Below, one piece after another: positions 46,889 through 56,885 of a stretch of 64,000 nucleotides of DNA (position 1 is its first letter; each line of letters starts with the position of its first letter). Made by a program: the position numbers and the translations under genes. The notes beneath the pieces are model-generated. The model was not told where the DNA came from and searched no databases. It was given only the letters and a program-made list of their open reading frames with translations. Source of the DNA: Clostridia bacterium (lineage in GTDB: Bacteria; Bacillota; Clostridia; Oscillospirales; Ruminococcaceae); NCBI GenBank assembly GCA_021152595.1, contig JAGKVC010000001.1:7380-71379 (forward strand), given 5' to 3'.

Positions 46889-49800
46889 ACCGTGATATTC
46901 ATAAGGTGCTGGTCATCGGCTCCGGTCCGATTGTCATCGGGCAGGCGGCGGAATTCGATTATTCCGGCACACAGGCATGCCGCGCACTCCGCGAGGACGG
47001 CATTGAGGTCGTGCTGGTCAATTCCAATCCTGCGACGATCATGACCGACAGCACAATGGCGGATAAGATCTATATGGAGCCGCTGACAACCGAGGTTCTG
47101 AAGCGCATCTGCCGCAAGGAGAAGCCGGACAGCATTCTTTCCGGACTCGGCGGACAGACCGGACTGAATCTCTGCGCGGCGCTTGCAGAGTGCGGATTCC
47201 TTGCCGAAAACGGGATCCGGCTGCTCGGTGCAGATCCGGAGACGATCGCAAAAGCCGAGGACAGAAAGCGCTTTAAGGAAACGATGGATTCGATCGGGCA
47301 GCCCTGCATTCCCTCGGATATTGCGGAGGATCTTGAGACTGCGCAGCGGATCGCGGATGAGATCGGCTATCCGGTGATCATCCGTCCTGCCTTTACGCTC
47401 GGCGGTTCGGGCGGCGGCATCGCAGAGACGCCGGAGGAATTTACGCGCATCGCGGAGAACGGTCTGCGGCTTTCCCCGATCCGCCAGATTCTCGTCGAGC
47501 GCTGCATTGCAGGCTGGAAGGAGATCGAATTCGAGATCATCCGCGATGCAGACGGCAACAAGCTGACGGTCTGCTCTATGGAGAATTTCGATCCGGTCGG
47601 GATTCACACCGGTGACAGCATCGTGATTGCGCCTGCGGTCACGCTCGCGGACAAGGAGTATCAGATGCTCCGGACTGCCGCACTGAAAATCGCGGAGGTG
47701 CTGAAAATTGAGGGCGGCTGCAACTGTCAGTTCGCGCTCAATCCGGATTCATTTGAATATGCTGTCATTGAGGTCAATCCGCGTGTATCGCGTTCCTCGG
47801 CGCTCGCATCGAAGGCGACGGGCTATCCGATTGCAAAGGTCGCGGCGAAGATCGCGGTCGGCTATCGGCTCTATGAGATCATGAATAAGGTCACCGGCAA
47901 AACAACAGCCGCCTTTGAGCCTGCGCTTGATTATGTAGCGGTGAAGATCCCGAAATTCCCGTTCGAGAAGTTTGCAGGCTCCTCGCACCGCCTCGGCACG
48001 CAGATGAAAGCGACCGGCGAGGTCATGGCAATCTCCGATACCTTTGAATCGGCATTGCTCAAGGCGCTGCGCGGTGCAGAGGTCAAGCACAGTGCATTGC
48101 TTGTACGCGCGCTGCGTGAGATTCCGGATGCGGAATTGCAGGCGCATCTTGTCCACGCGGATGATCTGCGGCTTTTTGCGGTTGCGGAGCTGCTGCGCCG
48201 CGGCAAAACAGTCGATGAGATTGCGGAAAGCTCTCGCATCGACCGCTGGTTTTTGCATAAAATCTGCAATCTTGTGATCTGTGAGACGGCGCTTGAAACC
48301 CAGCCGCTGACCGGTGATCTATACCGCACCGCCAAGCGCTTCGGCTATCCGGATGAGACGATTGAAGCGATCTCCGGAAAGGCGCTGCCTGAACAGCGCT
48401 TCCGTCCGCATTACCGCATGGTCGATACCTGTGCCGGCGAGTTTGCCGCAGAGACGCCCTATTTTTACGGTGTCTGCAAGCCGGATGCGCTGCCGGAAGC
48501 CGATGAAGCCGCACAGTTCCTCGCAGGACGCAGTCACAAAACCGTTGTGGTGCTCGGCTCGGGACCGATCCGGATCGGGCAGGGGATTGAGTTCGATTAT
48601 TCCGCTGTACACTGTGTCCATGTGCTGAAGGCGGCAGGCTATGAGGTTGTGCTGATCAATAACAATCCGGAGACGGTCTCGACCGATTTTGATACTGCGG
48701 ACCGTCTTTACTTTGAACCGCTGACGCCGGAGGATGTGCTTTCGATTCTCGCGCTGGAGCAGCCGGTCGGCATTGTGACGGCGTTCGGCGGACAGACTGC
48801 GATCCGTCTGGCGCGCACGATCGAGGAGGCAGGCTACAGGCTGCTCGGCTCGGATGCGGACAGCATCGACCTTGCAGAGGACAGAGAACGCTTTGACGCG
48901 CTGCTCGAATCCCTGCAAATCGAACGTCCGCGCGGCTGTACGGTCAATACGCTTGATGAGGCGCGCGGGGCAGTCAAAACGCTCGGTCTGCCGGTGCTGG
49001 TGCGTCCCTCTTATGTCCTCGGCGGACAGAATATGAATATCGCATTCGAGGAGAGCGATGTCATCGCGTTCATGCAGAATATCCTCAATGACGGCATTGA
49101 CAATCCGGTGCTGATTGACCAGTATATCCGCGGTACGGAGATCGAAGTCGATGCAATCTGTGACGGCACCGATATCCTGATCCCCGGCATTATGGAGCAT
49201 ATCGAGCGCACGGGCGTTCATTCCGGCGATTCGATCGCGGTGTGTCCGCCGGTGCATATTGACGACGATATGCGAAAGAAAATCTACGAGGATACGAAGA
49301 AAATCTGTCTCGGACTGCATGCGGTGGGACTGGTCAATCTGCAATACATTGTCCGCGGACGCGGTCTGTATGTGATTGAAGTCAATCCGCGCGCATCGAG
49401 AACCGTGCCGTTCATGAGCAAGCTGACGGGACTGCCGCTCTGCGACTGTGCAATGCGCGTCTGCCTCGGCGAGAAGCTCGCGGCAATGGAATACGGCACG
49501 GGCTACTATAAAATTCCGCCCTATACTGCGGTCAAGGTGCCGGTGTTCTCCTTTGAGAAGATCGGCGGCGAATCGCAGCTCGGTCCGGAGATGAAATCGA
49601 CCGGCGAGGTCATCGGCATCGGCAAGAATCTGACCGAAGCGCTCTATAAGGGCTTGCGCGCAGCAGGCTACCGGCTCGAGGATACCGGCAGAAACCGCAA
49701 CGGCGTTCTGCTTACGGTCTGCGATGCGGATAAACCGGATATCGTTGAAATTGCGCGGAAATTCGCAAGGCTCGGCTTCATGCTCTATGCGACGGGCGGT

Positions 49801-50940
49801 ACGGCGGCAGCGCTCAGCCGTGCAGGACTTTCTGTACATGTGCTGCACAAGCTGCATGAGGGCGACACCGAAACCTTCACCCTCATGGAGAACGGTACGA
49901 TCCGCTACATCGTCTCGACCGATGCAAATGCGCGCATGGCGGCGCGGGACGGCGCAAAGATCCGCAAGAAGGCGGTCGAGCTTGGCATTCCCTGCCTGAC
50001 CTGTACCGATACCGCGGCAGCAGTCGCAAACTGCCTGCATACCGGCTATCGGGATTCCAATGTAGAGCTGATGAATATGAATCACCTGAGAACGGCAAAG
50101 CGCCGCATACCGTTCGTCAAGATGCACGGCTGCGGCAATGATTATATCTATGTAGACTGCATGGAAAAGCGCGTATCAGCGCCGGAATCACTTGCTGTTC
50201 AGCTCTCTGACCGGCATTTCGGCATCGGCGGCGACGGGCTTGTGCTGATGGAACCTTCGGAGCATGCCGACGCGAGAATGCGGATGTTCAATCTCGACGG
50301 CAGCGAAGGCAATATGTGCGGCAATGCGATCCGCTGCGTTGCAAAATACCTCTATGATCACGGCATCTGTTCGAAAAAGGAGATCGCAATCGAGACAAAG
50401 AGCGGTCTGCGCACGGTCACTGTCACCACGCAGGACGGCGTTGTGGTGCGTGCCGCGGTCAATATGGGCAGGGCGATCTTCGCGCCGGATCAGATTCCGG
50501 TCAGGAGCGATCTGCCGGAGATGATTGCGCAGCCGATGACTGTCGCAGGCAGGGAATACAGCGTCACCTGCGTTTCGATGGGCAATCCGCACTGCGTCGT
50601 ATTCTGTGACGCGCCCGAGCTGCTGGATCTCCCTGTAATCGGGCCGGAATTTGAGTATCATCCGGCATTTCCCGAGCAGGTCAATACGGAATTTGTGCAG
50701 GTGATCGACGATCACACGCTGCGGATGCGTGTCTGGGAGCGCGGCTCCGGTGAGACAATGGCATGCGGCACCGGTGCCTGTGCGACGGCTGCGGCGGCTG
50801 TGAAAAACGGTTACTGCAAGCCCGATACCGATGTGACGGTACACTTAAACGGCGGCGATCTTGTGATCCGATATACGAAGGACGCAGTCTATATGACAGG
50901 CGATGCGGTGCTTGTATTCAGCGGCGAGATCGAAGTCTGA
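46879..50940 (+). CDS. carB: Carbamoyl-phosphate synthase large subunit fused in frame to diaminopimelate epimerase (CarB ~1,064 aa + DapF ~289 aa)
   Basis: Two ATP-grasp halves (VIGSGPIVIGQAAEFDYSG and VLGSGPIRIGQGIEFDYS) and an MGS-like domain. The sequence then runs ...NVELMNMNHLRTAKRRIPFVKMHGCGNDYIYVD with no stop. Confidence 0.85.
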   Translation: MPLNRDIHKVLVIGSGPIVIGQAAEFDYSGTQACRALREDGIEVVLVNSNPATIMTDSTMADKIYMEPLTTEVLKRICRKEKPDSILSGLGGQTGLNLCAALAECGFLAENGIRLLGADPETIAKAEDRKRFKETMDSIGQPCIPSDIAEDLETAQRIADEIGYPVIIRPAFTLGGSGGGIAETPEEFTRIAENGLRLSPIRQILVERCIAGWKEIEFEIIRDADGNKLTVCSMENFDPVGIHTGDSIVIAPAVTLADKEYQMLRTAALKIAEVLKIEGGCNCQFALNPDSFEYAVIEVNPRVSRSSALASKATGYPIAKVAAKIAVGYRLYEIMNKVTGKTTAAFEPALDYVAVKIPKFPFEKFAGSSHRLGTQMKATGEVMAISDTFESALLKALRGAEVKHSALLVRALREIPDAELQAHLVHADDLRLFAVAELLRRGKTVDEIAESSRIDRWFLHKICNLVICETALETQPLTGDLYRTAKRFGYPDETIEAISGKALPEQRFRPHYRMVDTCAGEFAAETPYFYGVCKPDALPEADEAAQFLAGRSHKTVVVLGSGPIRIGQGIEFDYSAVHCVHVLKAAGYEVVLINNNPETVSTDFDTADRLYFEPLTPEDVLSILALEQPVGIVTAFGGQTAIRLARTIEEAGYRLLGSDADSIDLAEDRERFDALLESLQIERPRGCTVNTLDEARGAVKTLGLPVLVRPSYVLGGQNMNIAFEESDVIAFMQNILNDGIDNPVLIDQYIRGTEIEVDAICDGTDILIPGIMEHIERTGVHSGDSIAVCPPVHIDDDMRKKIYEDTKKICLGLHAVGLVNLQYIVRGRGLYVIEVNPRASRTVPFMSKLTGLPLCDCAMRVCLGEKLAAMEYGTGYYKIPPYTAVKVPVFSFEKIGGESQLGPEMKSTGEVIGIGKNLTEALYKGLRAAGYRLEDTGRNRNGVLLTVCDADKPDIVEIARKFARLGFMLYATGGTAAALSRAGLSVHVLHKLHEGDTETFTLMENGTIRYIVSTDANARMAARDGAKIRKKAVELGIPCLTCTDTAAAVANCLHTGYRDSNVELMNMNHLRTAKRRIPFVKMHGCGNDYIYVDCMEKRVSAPESLAVQLSDRHFGIGGDGLVLMEPSEHADARMRMFNLDGSEGNMCGNAIRCVAKYLYDHGICSKKEIAIETKSGLRTVTVTTQDGVVVRAAVNMGRAIFAPDQIPVRSDLPEMIAQPMTVAGREYSVTCVSMGNPHCVVFCDAPELLDLPVIGPEFEYHPAFPEQVNTEFVQVIDDHTLRMRVWERGSGETMACGTGACATAAAAVKNGYCKPDTDVTVHLNGGDLVIRYTKDAVYMTGDAVLVFSGEIEV
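50071..50940 (+). other. dapF: DapF (diaminopimelate epimerase) module of the carB ORF
   Basis: FVKMHGCGNDYIYVD, first active-site Cys in GSEGNMCGNAIRC and second in ERGSGETMACGTGACA. Confidence 0.85.
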
Positions 50941-50966
50941 ACGAGAAACAGGAAAGGAAAAGATCC

Positions 50967-52142
50967 ATGAAAGTGAATCATCATGCTCTGGAACTGGAGC
51001 AGAACTATTTGTTTTCGGAGGTTGCAAAGCGCATCCGTGCATTTCAGGCGGCAAATCCGTCGCGTGAGCTGTTAAAGCTCAGCATCGGGGATGTCACCCG
51101 TCCGCTGAGCCGCGTTGTCACCGATGAAATGAAAGCCGCCGCGGAGGATATGTCCCATGCGGAGACCTTCCACGGCTACGGTGCCGAGCAGGGCGAGCTG
51201 TTCCTGCGTGAGGCGATCGCCGGTTATTACGCACAGCGCGGCACGCAGATTGCGCCGGATGATATTTTCATCAGCGACGGTGCAAAATGCGACCTCGGCA
51301 ACCTCTGTGATCTGTTTGATGCGGATAATACCGTGCTGCTGCCGAATCCGGTCTACCCTGTGTATTTTGATACGAGCATCATGTCCGGCAGACGCGTGAT
51401 CTTTGCGGCAGGCACAAAGGAAAACGGCTTCCTGCCGATGCCCGATCACAGTGTGCATGCGGATATCATCTATCTCTGTTCGCCGAATAACCCGACCGGC
51501 GCTGTTTACAGCAGGGAGCAGCTTGCGGAATGGATTTCCTATGCAAAGGCGAACGGCGCACTGATTCTCTTTGATGCAGCATATGAGGCATATATCCGCG
51601 ATCCGGCGCTGCCGCACAGCATCTTTGAGATTGCCGGTGCTGCGGACTGTGCCATCGAGATCAATTCGCTCTCGAAGACTGCCGGATTCACCGGTGTCCG
51701 CTGCGGCTGGACGGTCGTGCCGAAAACGCTGCGGTTTGACGGCGCATCGCTGCATGATATGTGGTTCCGGCGCATGGCGACAAAATACAACGGCACATCG
51801 TATATCATTCAGCGCGCTGCTGCGAAGGTTTTTTCGCCGGAGGGACTTGCTGCCGCGCATGCCGATATTGATTACTATATGGAAAATGCGCAGATCATCA
51901 AATCGGCGCTGACCGCCGCAGGAATCCACTCTGTCGGCGGAGAAAATGCGCCGTATGTCTGGTTTGAGGCACCGGCGCATGCGGAGTCATGGGATTGCTT
52001 CGATACGCTGCTCAATCAGTACGGCATTGCCGGTACGCCCGGTGTCGGCTTCGGCACGGCAGGGCAGGGGTGGATGCGGTTCTCATCCTTCTGCACGAGA
52101 GAAACCGCAAATCAGGCTGCCGCATATCTTGCGAAGCTGTAA
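50967..52142 (+). CDS. dapL: LL-diaminopimelate aminotransferase
   Basis: N-terminus LEQNYLFSEVAKRIRAFQAANPSRELLKLSIGDVTRPL and PLP-Lys context SLSKTAGFTGVRCGW. Confidence 0.85.
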   Translation: MKVNHHALELEQNYLFSEVAKRIRAFQAANPSRELLKLSIGDVTRPLSRVVTDEMKAAAEDMSHAETFHGYGAEQGELFLREAIAGYYAQRGTQIAPDDIFISDGAKCDLGNLCDLFDADNTVLLPNPVYPVYFDTSIMSGRRVIFAAGTKENGFLPMPDHSVHADIIYLCSPNNPTGAVYSREQLAEWISYAKANGALILFDAAYEAYIRDPALPHSIFEIAGAADCAIEINSLSKTAGFTGVRCGWTVVPKTLRFDGASLHDMWFRRMATKYNGTSYIIQRAAAKVFSPEGLAAAHADIDYYMENAQIIKSALTAAGIHSVGGENAPYVWFEAPAHAESWDCFDTLLNQYGIAGTPGVGFGTAGQGWMRFSSFCTRETANQAAAYLAKL

Positions 52143-52176
52143 TACAATCCGCGCATATTTGTAAGGAGCAGGAGAG

Positions 52177-53451
52177 ATGACAATGAAAAAAATACCGTTT
52201 ATTACAAAAGCACAGGCAGAGGAAATCGCCGCACAGTATCCGACGCCGTTTCATATCTATGACGAGCGCGGCATCCGCGAAAATGCGCGTCTCGTCAGAA
52301 AGGCATTTGCATGGAACAAGGGCTTTCGGGAATATTTTGCCGTGAAGGCAACGCCGAATCCGTTTATCCTGAAAATCCTGAAGGAGGAGGGCTGCGGCGT
52401 GGACTGCTCCTCGCTCACCGAATTGCAGCTTTCCGATGCATGCGGATTTTCCGGCAGTGATATCATGTTCTCCTCGAATGTGACGCCTGCTGCGGATTAT
52501 CAGCTTGCCTATCAGCTCGGTGCCTATATCAATCTCGATGATATCACGCATATCGAATATCTCGAAAAGCTGACCGGCATTCCGGAGACGATCTGCTGCC
52601 GCTTCAATGCAGGCGGTGATTTCAAGATCTCGACTTTTGTCATGGATAAGCCGCAGGATGCAAAATACGGCTTCACGCGCGAGCAGATGTTTGAGGGCTT
52701 CCGGATGCTGATGCAGAAGGGCGCAAAGCATTTCGGCATTCACGCATTCCTCGCCTCGAATACCGTGACGAATGACTACTATCCGACACTTGCGCGGCAG
52801 ATGTTTCAGCTTGCCGCGGATCTGAAACGGGAGACCGGCGCGGATATCCGCTTCATCAATCTGTCCGGCGGCGTGGGGATTGCCTATCAGCCGGAGCAGA
52901 CGCCGAATGATATCCTTGCAATCGGCGAGGGCGTGCGCAAGGTCTATGAGGAGATTCTCGTACCGGCAGGGCTCGGCGATGCCGCAATCTTCACGGAAAT
53001 GGGAAGATTCATGCTCGCACCCTACGGCGCACTGGTGACGCGCGTGCTGCATCAGAAGCATATCTACAAGGATTATGTCGGCTGCGACGCCTGCGCTGCA
53101 AATCTGATGCGTCCGGCGATGTACGGCGCGTATCATCATATCACCGTACTGGGCAAGGAGGATGTGCCCTGTACGCAGCTCTATGACGTGACGGGCGGTC
53201 TCTGCGAAAATAACGATAAATTTGCGATCGACCGGATGCTGCCGCCTGTGGAGAACGGCGACCTGCTCTATATCCATGATACAGGCGCACACGGTTTCTC
53301 GATGGGCTATAACTATAACGGCAAGCTGCGTTCTGCGGAGCTGCTGCTCTGTGAGGACGGTACCGTGAAAATGATCCGCCGCGCTGAGACACCGGCAGAT
53401 TATTTTGCGACCTTCGATTTCTGCGATATTCTGGACAAATACCGGAAATGA
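52177..53451 (+). CDS. lysA: Diaminopimelate decarboxylase (fold-type III PLP decarboxylase)
   Basis: PLP-Lys FAVKATPNP, LSGGVGIAY and GGLCENNDKF. It lies in a dapF-dapL context. Confidence 0.75.
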   Translation: MTMKKIPFITKAQAEEIAAQYPTPFHIYDERGIRENARLVRKAFAWNKGFREYFAVKATPNPFILKILKEEGCGVDCSSLTELQLSDACGFSGSDIMFSSNVTPAADYQLAYQLGAYINLDDITHIEYLEKLTGIPETICCRFNAGGDFKISTFVMDKPQDAKYGFTREQMFEGFRMLMQKGAKHFGIHAFLASNTVTNDYYPTLARQMFQLAADLKRETGADIRFINLSGGVGIAYQPEQTPNDILAIGEGVRKVYEEILVPAGLGDAAIFTEMGRFMLAPYGALVTRVLHQKHIYKDYVGCDACAANLMRPAMYGAYHHITVLGKEDVPCTQLYDVTGGLCENNDKFAIDRMLPPVENGDLLYIHDTGAHGFSMGYNYNGKLRSAELLLCEDGTVKMIRRAETPADYFATFDFCDILDKYRK

Positions 53452-53460
53452 TCCTTGCAT

Positions 53461-53494
53461 AAAAAAAAAGCCATCCGTTCAACGGGTGGCTTTT
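53461..53494. terminator. Intrinsic terminator after lysA, marking the end of the GC-rich core
   Basis: An A9 run, then GCCATCCG-TTCAA-CGGGTGGC (one G.U pair), then TTTT. Confidence 0.7.
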
Positions 53495-53606
53495 GATTCT
53501 GATAGGGTAGTTTTTTGACGCCGATGAAGAAGCTGAACTGCAAACACAGACAAATGCAGGACATGTCTGATTCTGCGCTTTCAGATCATAAACAGATTTC
53601 TTCCGT

Positions 53607-54128
53607 TTACTGAATTGCATTGCAGAATAATAATCTGAGTGACAGCAGCAATATGTATATTCCGTAGCAAACAGCCAGCGACAGAATTCCAAACATGATA
53701 TTGATTATATTGTATTGACTGATGTCTGATTTTTTAATCGAAACAATCAATAGAGCTGCGGCTGCGGCGAAAGAAGCCGTACCGCAAATGACGGGATGTG
53801 TACCGAGTAAAAAAAGAAGGGGCAATTCAATTACAGTATATTCTAATTCCAGTTTGGGATAATACGAAATGCTTTTTCCGCAGCATTTGCTTTTGCCGTG
53901 AAGCAGTTTGCTTCCGATGAAAGGGAGCGTATAGAGCGTAGGAATCCGTGCGCCGCAATAATCACAAATGCAGTGACCTGAAAAAAGAAATGTGCGATTC
54001 TTTTTGTCGGCGCGAAATACAATCGTAGTGAACCACCCGCTGAGTGCAACTGTCATAACAGTACATATCACATACATGACCGCGGACATAATCAGTTGGT
54101 ATTTTTCCGTTGAATTCATAATCTCCAT
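53607..54128 (-). pseudogene. Prepilin-peptidase-like protein retaining the N-terminal Cys4 (DiS_P_DiS-type) region and the first Asp, but ending before the GxGD catalytic motif
   Basis: SGHCICDYCGARIPTLYTLPFIGSKLLHGKSKCCGKSISYYPKLELEYT resembles the PilD/ComC N-domain. LIVSIKKSDISQY aligns with the first Asp box. The ORF stops ~80 aa short. Confidence 0.55.
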
Positions 54129-54137
54129 GCCTCTTTG

Positions 54138-54584
54138 TTAATAATTGCCGCTGATCCCGGAGACTGCTGACCGAATGATATCTTCATTCAGATTGTCTTT
54201 AATGATCTGAACCTTATGATTCTGAACCAGAATCAGTGAAGGCGTTTTGAAGATTTCATATCGGTTGAGTGTTTCCTGATCTTCTTCTGTCAGATCTGAG
54301 ACATCAATTATGCCGCATTGCACTTTTTCGTCTTTACAAACGGTATTCAGAATTTGCTTGCATTCAGCACAGCTTTCGCAATACGGATCAGTAAACAGGA
54401 AAAGCCTGTTTCCCTCTGCCTCCAGTACCTGCGCGACATTTCCGGATGAAACAGGAACAAACACATCTGCATGATGATGTAAGCAAACGAAAACAGCCAG
54501 CACAGAGATCAAAAACAATGAAATGAACACAACCGTTCGGGCGAGCTTTGGCTGCTTCTGATTTCCCTCAGAATTGTTTTTCAC
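54138..54584 (-). CDS. Membrane-anchored thioredoxin-fold protein (CxxC)
   Basis: N-terminal TM, then LFLFTDPYCESCAECK with TPSLILV (cis-Pro loop-like). Confidence 0.7.
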   Translation of the reverse strand: MKNNSEGNQKQPKLARTVVFISLFLISVLAVFVCLHHHADVFVPVSSGNVAQVLEAEGNRLFLFTDPYCESCAECKQILNTVCKDEKVQCGIIDVSDLTEEDQETLNRYEIFKTPSLILVQNHKVQIIKDNLNEDIIRSAVSGISGNY

Positions 54585-55065
54585 TGATTACCTCCTTGAA
54601 TTCATCACTGGAAGCAATCGCAGAATGTTTGATTCCGTTATAAAAATACACCGGTACCACGCTGAGGTTATTGTCCTCCAGTTCATCTTCAATAATCGAG
54701 AGAACTTGCTCGTTTTCTTTTTTGATGCTTCCGGAATCAGACGGCTTATTGTAAAGCGTTTCCAGTTCATCATATTTCAGATTCAAGCAGTCATCGTTCT
54801 GATAAAAAGCACGATTCACAGGTTTGTATATAATGCAGTAGTCTCCGGAACTGATCATTTCCCTGATACATCCTGAAACTGCTTTACTGAACCGTTCACA
54901 TTTTTCGCATTGAAAGCTCGTAAAAATCACAAGCCGATTGGGCGCATTCTTATTTCCGTAAATCAGTCCGGTATCGGAGAACGAATAGACTTTTTCTTTT
55001 CTGGTTACTTCATAGACAGTTCCGATTCCGATCAATAAAGCCAGTATGATTAGAAATTTTTTCAT
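54568..55065 (-). CDS. Membrane-anchored DsbA/BdbD-like thiol-disulfide oxidoreductase (CxxC)
   Basis: N-terminal TM, then LVIFTSFQCEKCERF. Its length and helical insert resemble the DsbA fold. Confidence 0.65.
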   Translation of the reverse strand: MKKFLIILALLIGIGTVYEVTRKEKVYSFSDTGLIYGNKNAPNRLVIFTSFQCEKCERFSKAVSGCIREMISSGDYCIIYKPVNRAFYQNDDCLNLKYDELETLYNKPSDSGSIKKENEQVLSIIEDELEDNNLSVVPVYFYNGIKHSAIASSDEFKEVISEKQF

Positions 55066-55358
55066 TTTTCAACAACATCTTCTTTTTTCTTGCCCAGCAA
55101 GGTCTGCATCAGAAAAATGAGAAGAGCAAGAATCACAAAGATTGCACCGATTACAAGGAAAAGAGAATTTCCAAATACAATCGAAGTGAAATGACCGCCG
55201 TTATCAGCGCTCTCCGTTACAAATTCGACCAGTTCAAACGGATATTTCATACTTTTCTCCGTGAAAAAGCAGTACATAAAACCGCCTGCGATCGTCACAA
55301 ATGAACCAAGAAGCGTAATAAAAAACGAAATTCCAAGAGAGTTAGATAATTTTTTCAT
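55062..55358 (-). CDS. Small two-TM membrane protein (candidate immunity or accessory protein)
   Basis: 98 aa with two hydrophobic helices and a Lys/Glu tail. It is translationally coupled by ATGA overlap. Confidence 0.45.
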   Translation of the reverse strand: MKKLSNSLGISFFITLLGSFVTIAGGFMYCFFTEKSMKYPFELVEFVTESADNGGHFTSIVFGNSLFLVIGAIFVILALLIFLMQTLLGKKKEDVVEK

Positions 55359-55397
55359 AGTAGTCCTCCTTAAAATACTGATTTGTTATTGAATGGT

Positions 55398-56885
55398 TTA
55401 TTCAGCTTTATACCAGCGTTTCTGATTCATCCATATTCCGCCGATTATGCTGCATATAAATACGCAAGCAGTTAAAACAATTTTACCGGCATGATTGAGC
55501 GGGATAATCCTTGTGAATACATAAAACAGCGGTAAAATGATGAGCAGCACGGTAATGATTCCTGCTGCCTGCGCGGTCGGAACCTCCGGATTCTTCGGAA
55601 TCAATATCCCCATAAAATTGAAAGAAACAGAAAACACCAGCAAAAAAATGACACCGAGCAGGCTGTATTTCAGTCCGTTGAATGAACTGAAATATATCAT
55701 ATTCAAAATGATGTAAATAAAGGCAGAATAGATCAATGCGCCCAGCAGCTTCGTAACATATAACAATAAGGGAGAAACACCGAGCTGCTTGTAAAGCCTT
55801 ATATACTTTAGATCCAGACTGTATGAATTGAATACGGGTAATGTCGAAACAGCAGCAAGAACGATGACAACTGTTAAGTTCTCTGTATTGAATCCGAATT
55901 TTATCCTGCAAAGAATTGCTGCAAGAAGAATCAGCAGAATCAGAAGGAAATTATCTTCATTTCTGACATTAAACTTCAGTTCTTTCATAAGCAGCGTTTG
56001 TGCCTTGTTCGATGTGAAACGCCAATTTTGCAGAAATTTCAGCGGACGCTGCTCGCATTTTGAGCGATCAGTACTGACAGCTAATAAAAATGCAGCAATA
56101 ATACCCGCAACGATCAAGAAATAAATCAGGGGATTGATTGAAACGCTTAACTGTTTCCGGAAAAGCATTGCATAAATTCCGGAACCGATATAAATCGGCT
56201 GATAGGAATACGCCTGATAATCCGTCAGATACTCCGAGTAATTTTTCAGCTGCATGAACACGTACAGAGATGAAAGGATGATCGAAAAAGAAAGCGAGAT
56301 ATTTAAGAAATACGGAATATGCAGATGATATGTAATGAATACGAAAATATGATAAAATGTCTCGATCAACAGCAGCGAAAGCACAGACTGAATAAAGGAA
56401 GATGCCAATACCGTCAGGATCACGCCGATCGAAACCTGATTCACAAACATTGCAGGGAGATATAAAATGATCATCAGAATCATGACACACATGATAATAT
56501 TGAGCATCTGCGGTAAGATGATGCCGAGCTTTCGGTATATATTTTTAATCGGCATCCATGAAAGCACTTGTTCCAGTGTACTGCTGTCAGATGAAATAAA
56601 TGAAAAAACAGCAAAGAAAGCAACCGTCATGATAAATGCGGTTAAACTCTGTGAAATCACAAGGAGATATACCGAGCTTGCATCTCCGCTTAAAAACAGG
56701 CTGACGACCTCATTGGAAAGAAGGTAACCGCCAATGACTCCGAATACCAGAACACATATTATAATTGAAGCTGCAATTATTTTTTTCGTTGCGGTATCCA
56801 GAAATTTCTTCAGATTATTCGATAATATTTTCTGGTATATATTACATACCAGCAATAATTTCTTCAATTCGTTCACTTCTTTCAC
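55398..56885 (-). CDS. Polytopic ABC-transporter permease (ABC-2-like, ~10-12 TM)
   Basis: 495 aa, almost entirely hydrophobic helices. It lies immediately downstream of, and overlaps, the ATPase gene. Confidence 0.7.
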   Translation of the reverse strand: MKEVNELKKLLLVCNIYQKILSNNLKKFLDTATKKIIAASIIICVLVFGVIGGYLLSNEVVSLFLSGDASSVYLLVISQSLTAFIMTVAFFAVFSFISSDSSTLEQVLSWMPIKNIYRKLGIILPQMLNIIMCVMILMIILYLPAMFVNQVSIGVILTVLASSFIQSVLSLLLIETFYHIFVFITYHLHIPYFLNISLSFSIILSSLYVFMQLKNYSEYLTDYQAYSYQPIYIGSGIYAMLFRKQLSVSINPLIYFLIVAGIIAAFLLAVSTDRSKCEQRPLKFLQNWRFTSNKAQTLLMKELKFNVRNEDNFLLILLILLAAILCRIKFGFNTENLTVVIVLAAVSTLPVFNSYSLDLKYIRLYKQLGVSPLLLYVTKLLGALIYSAFIYIILNMIYFSSFNGLKYSLLGVIFLLVFSVSFNFMGILIPKNPEVPTAQAAGIITVLLIILPLFYVFTRIIPLNHAGKIVLTACVFICSIIGGIWMNQKRWYKAE

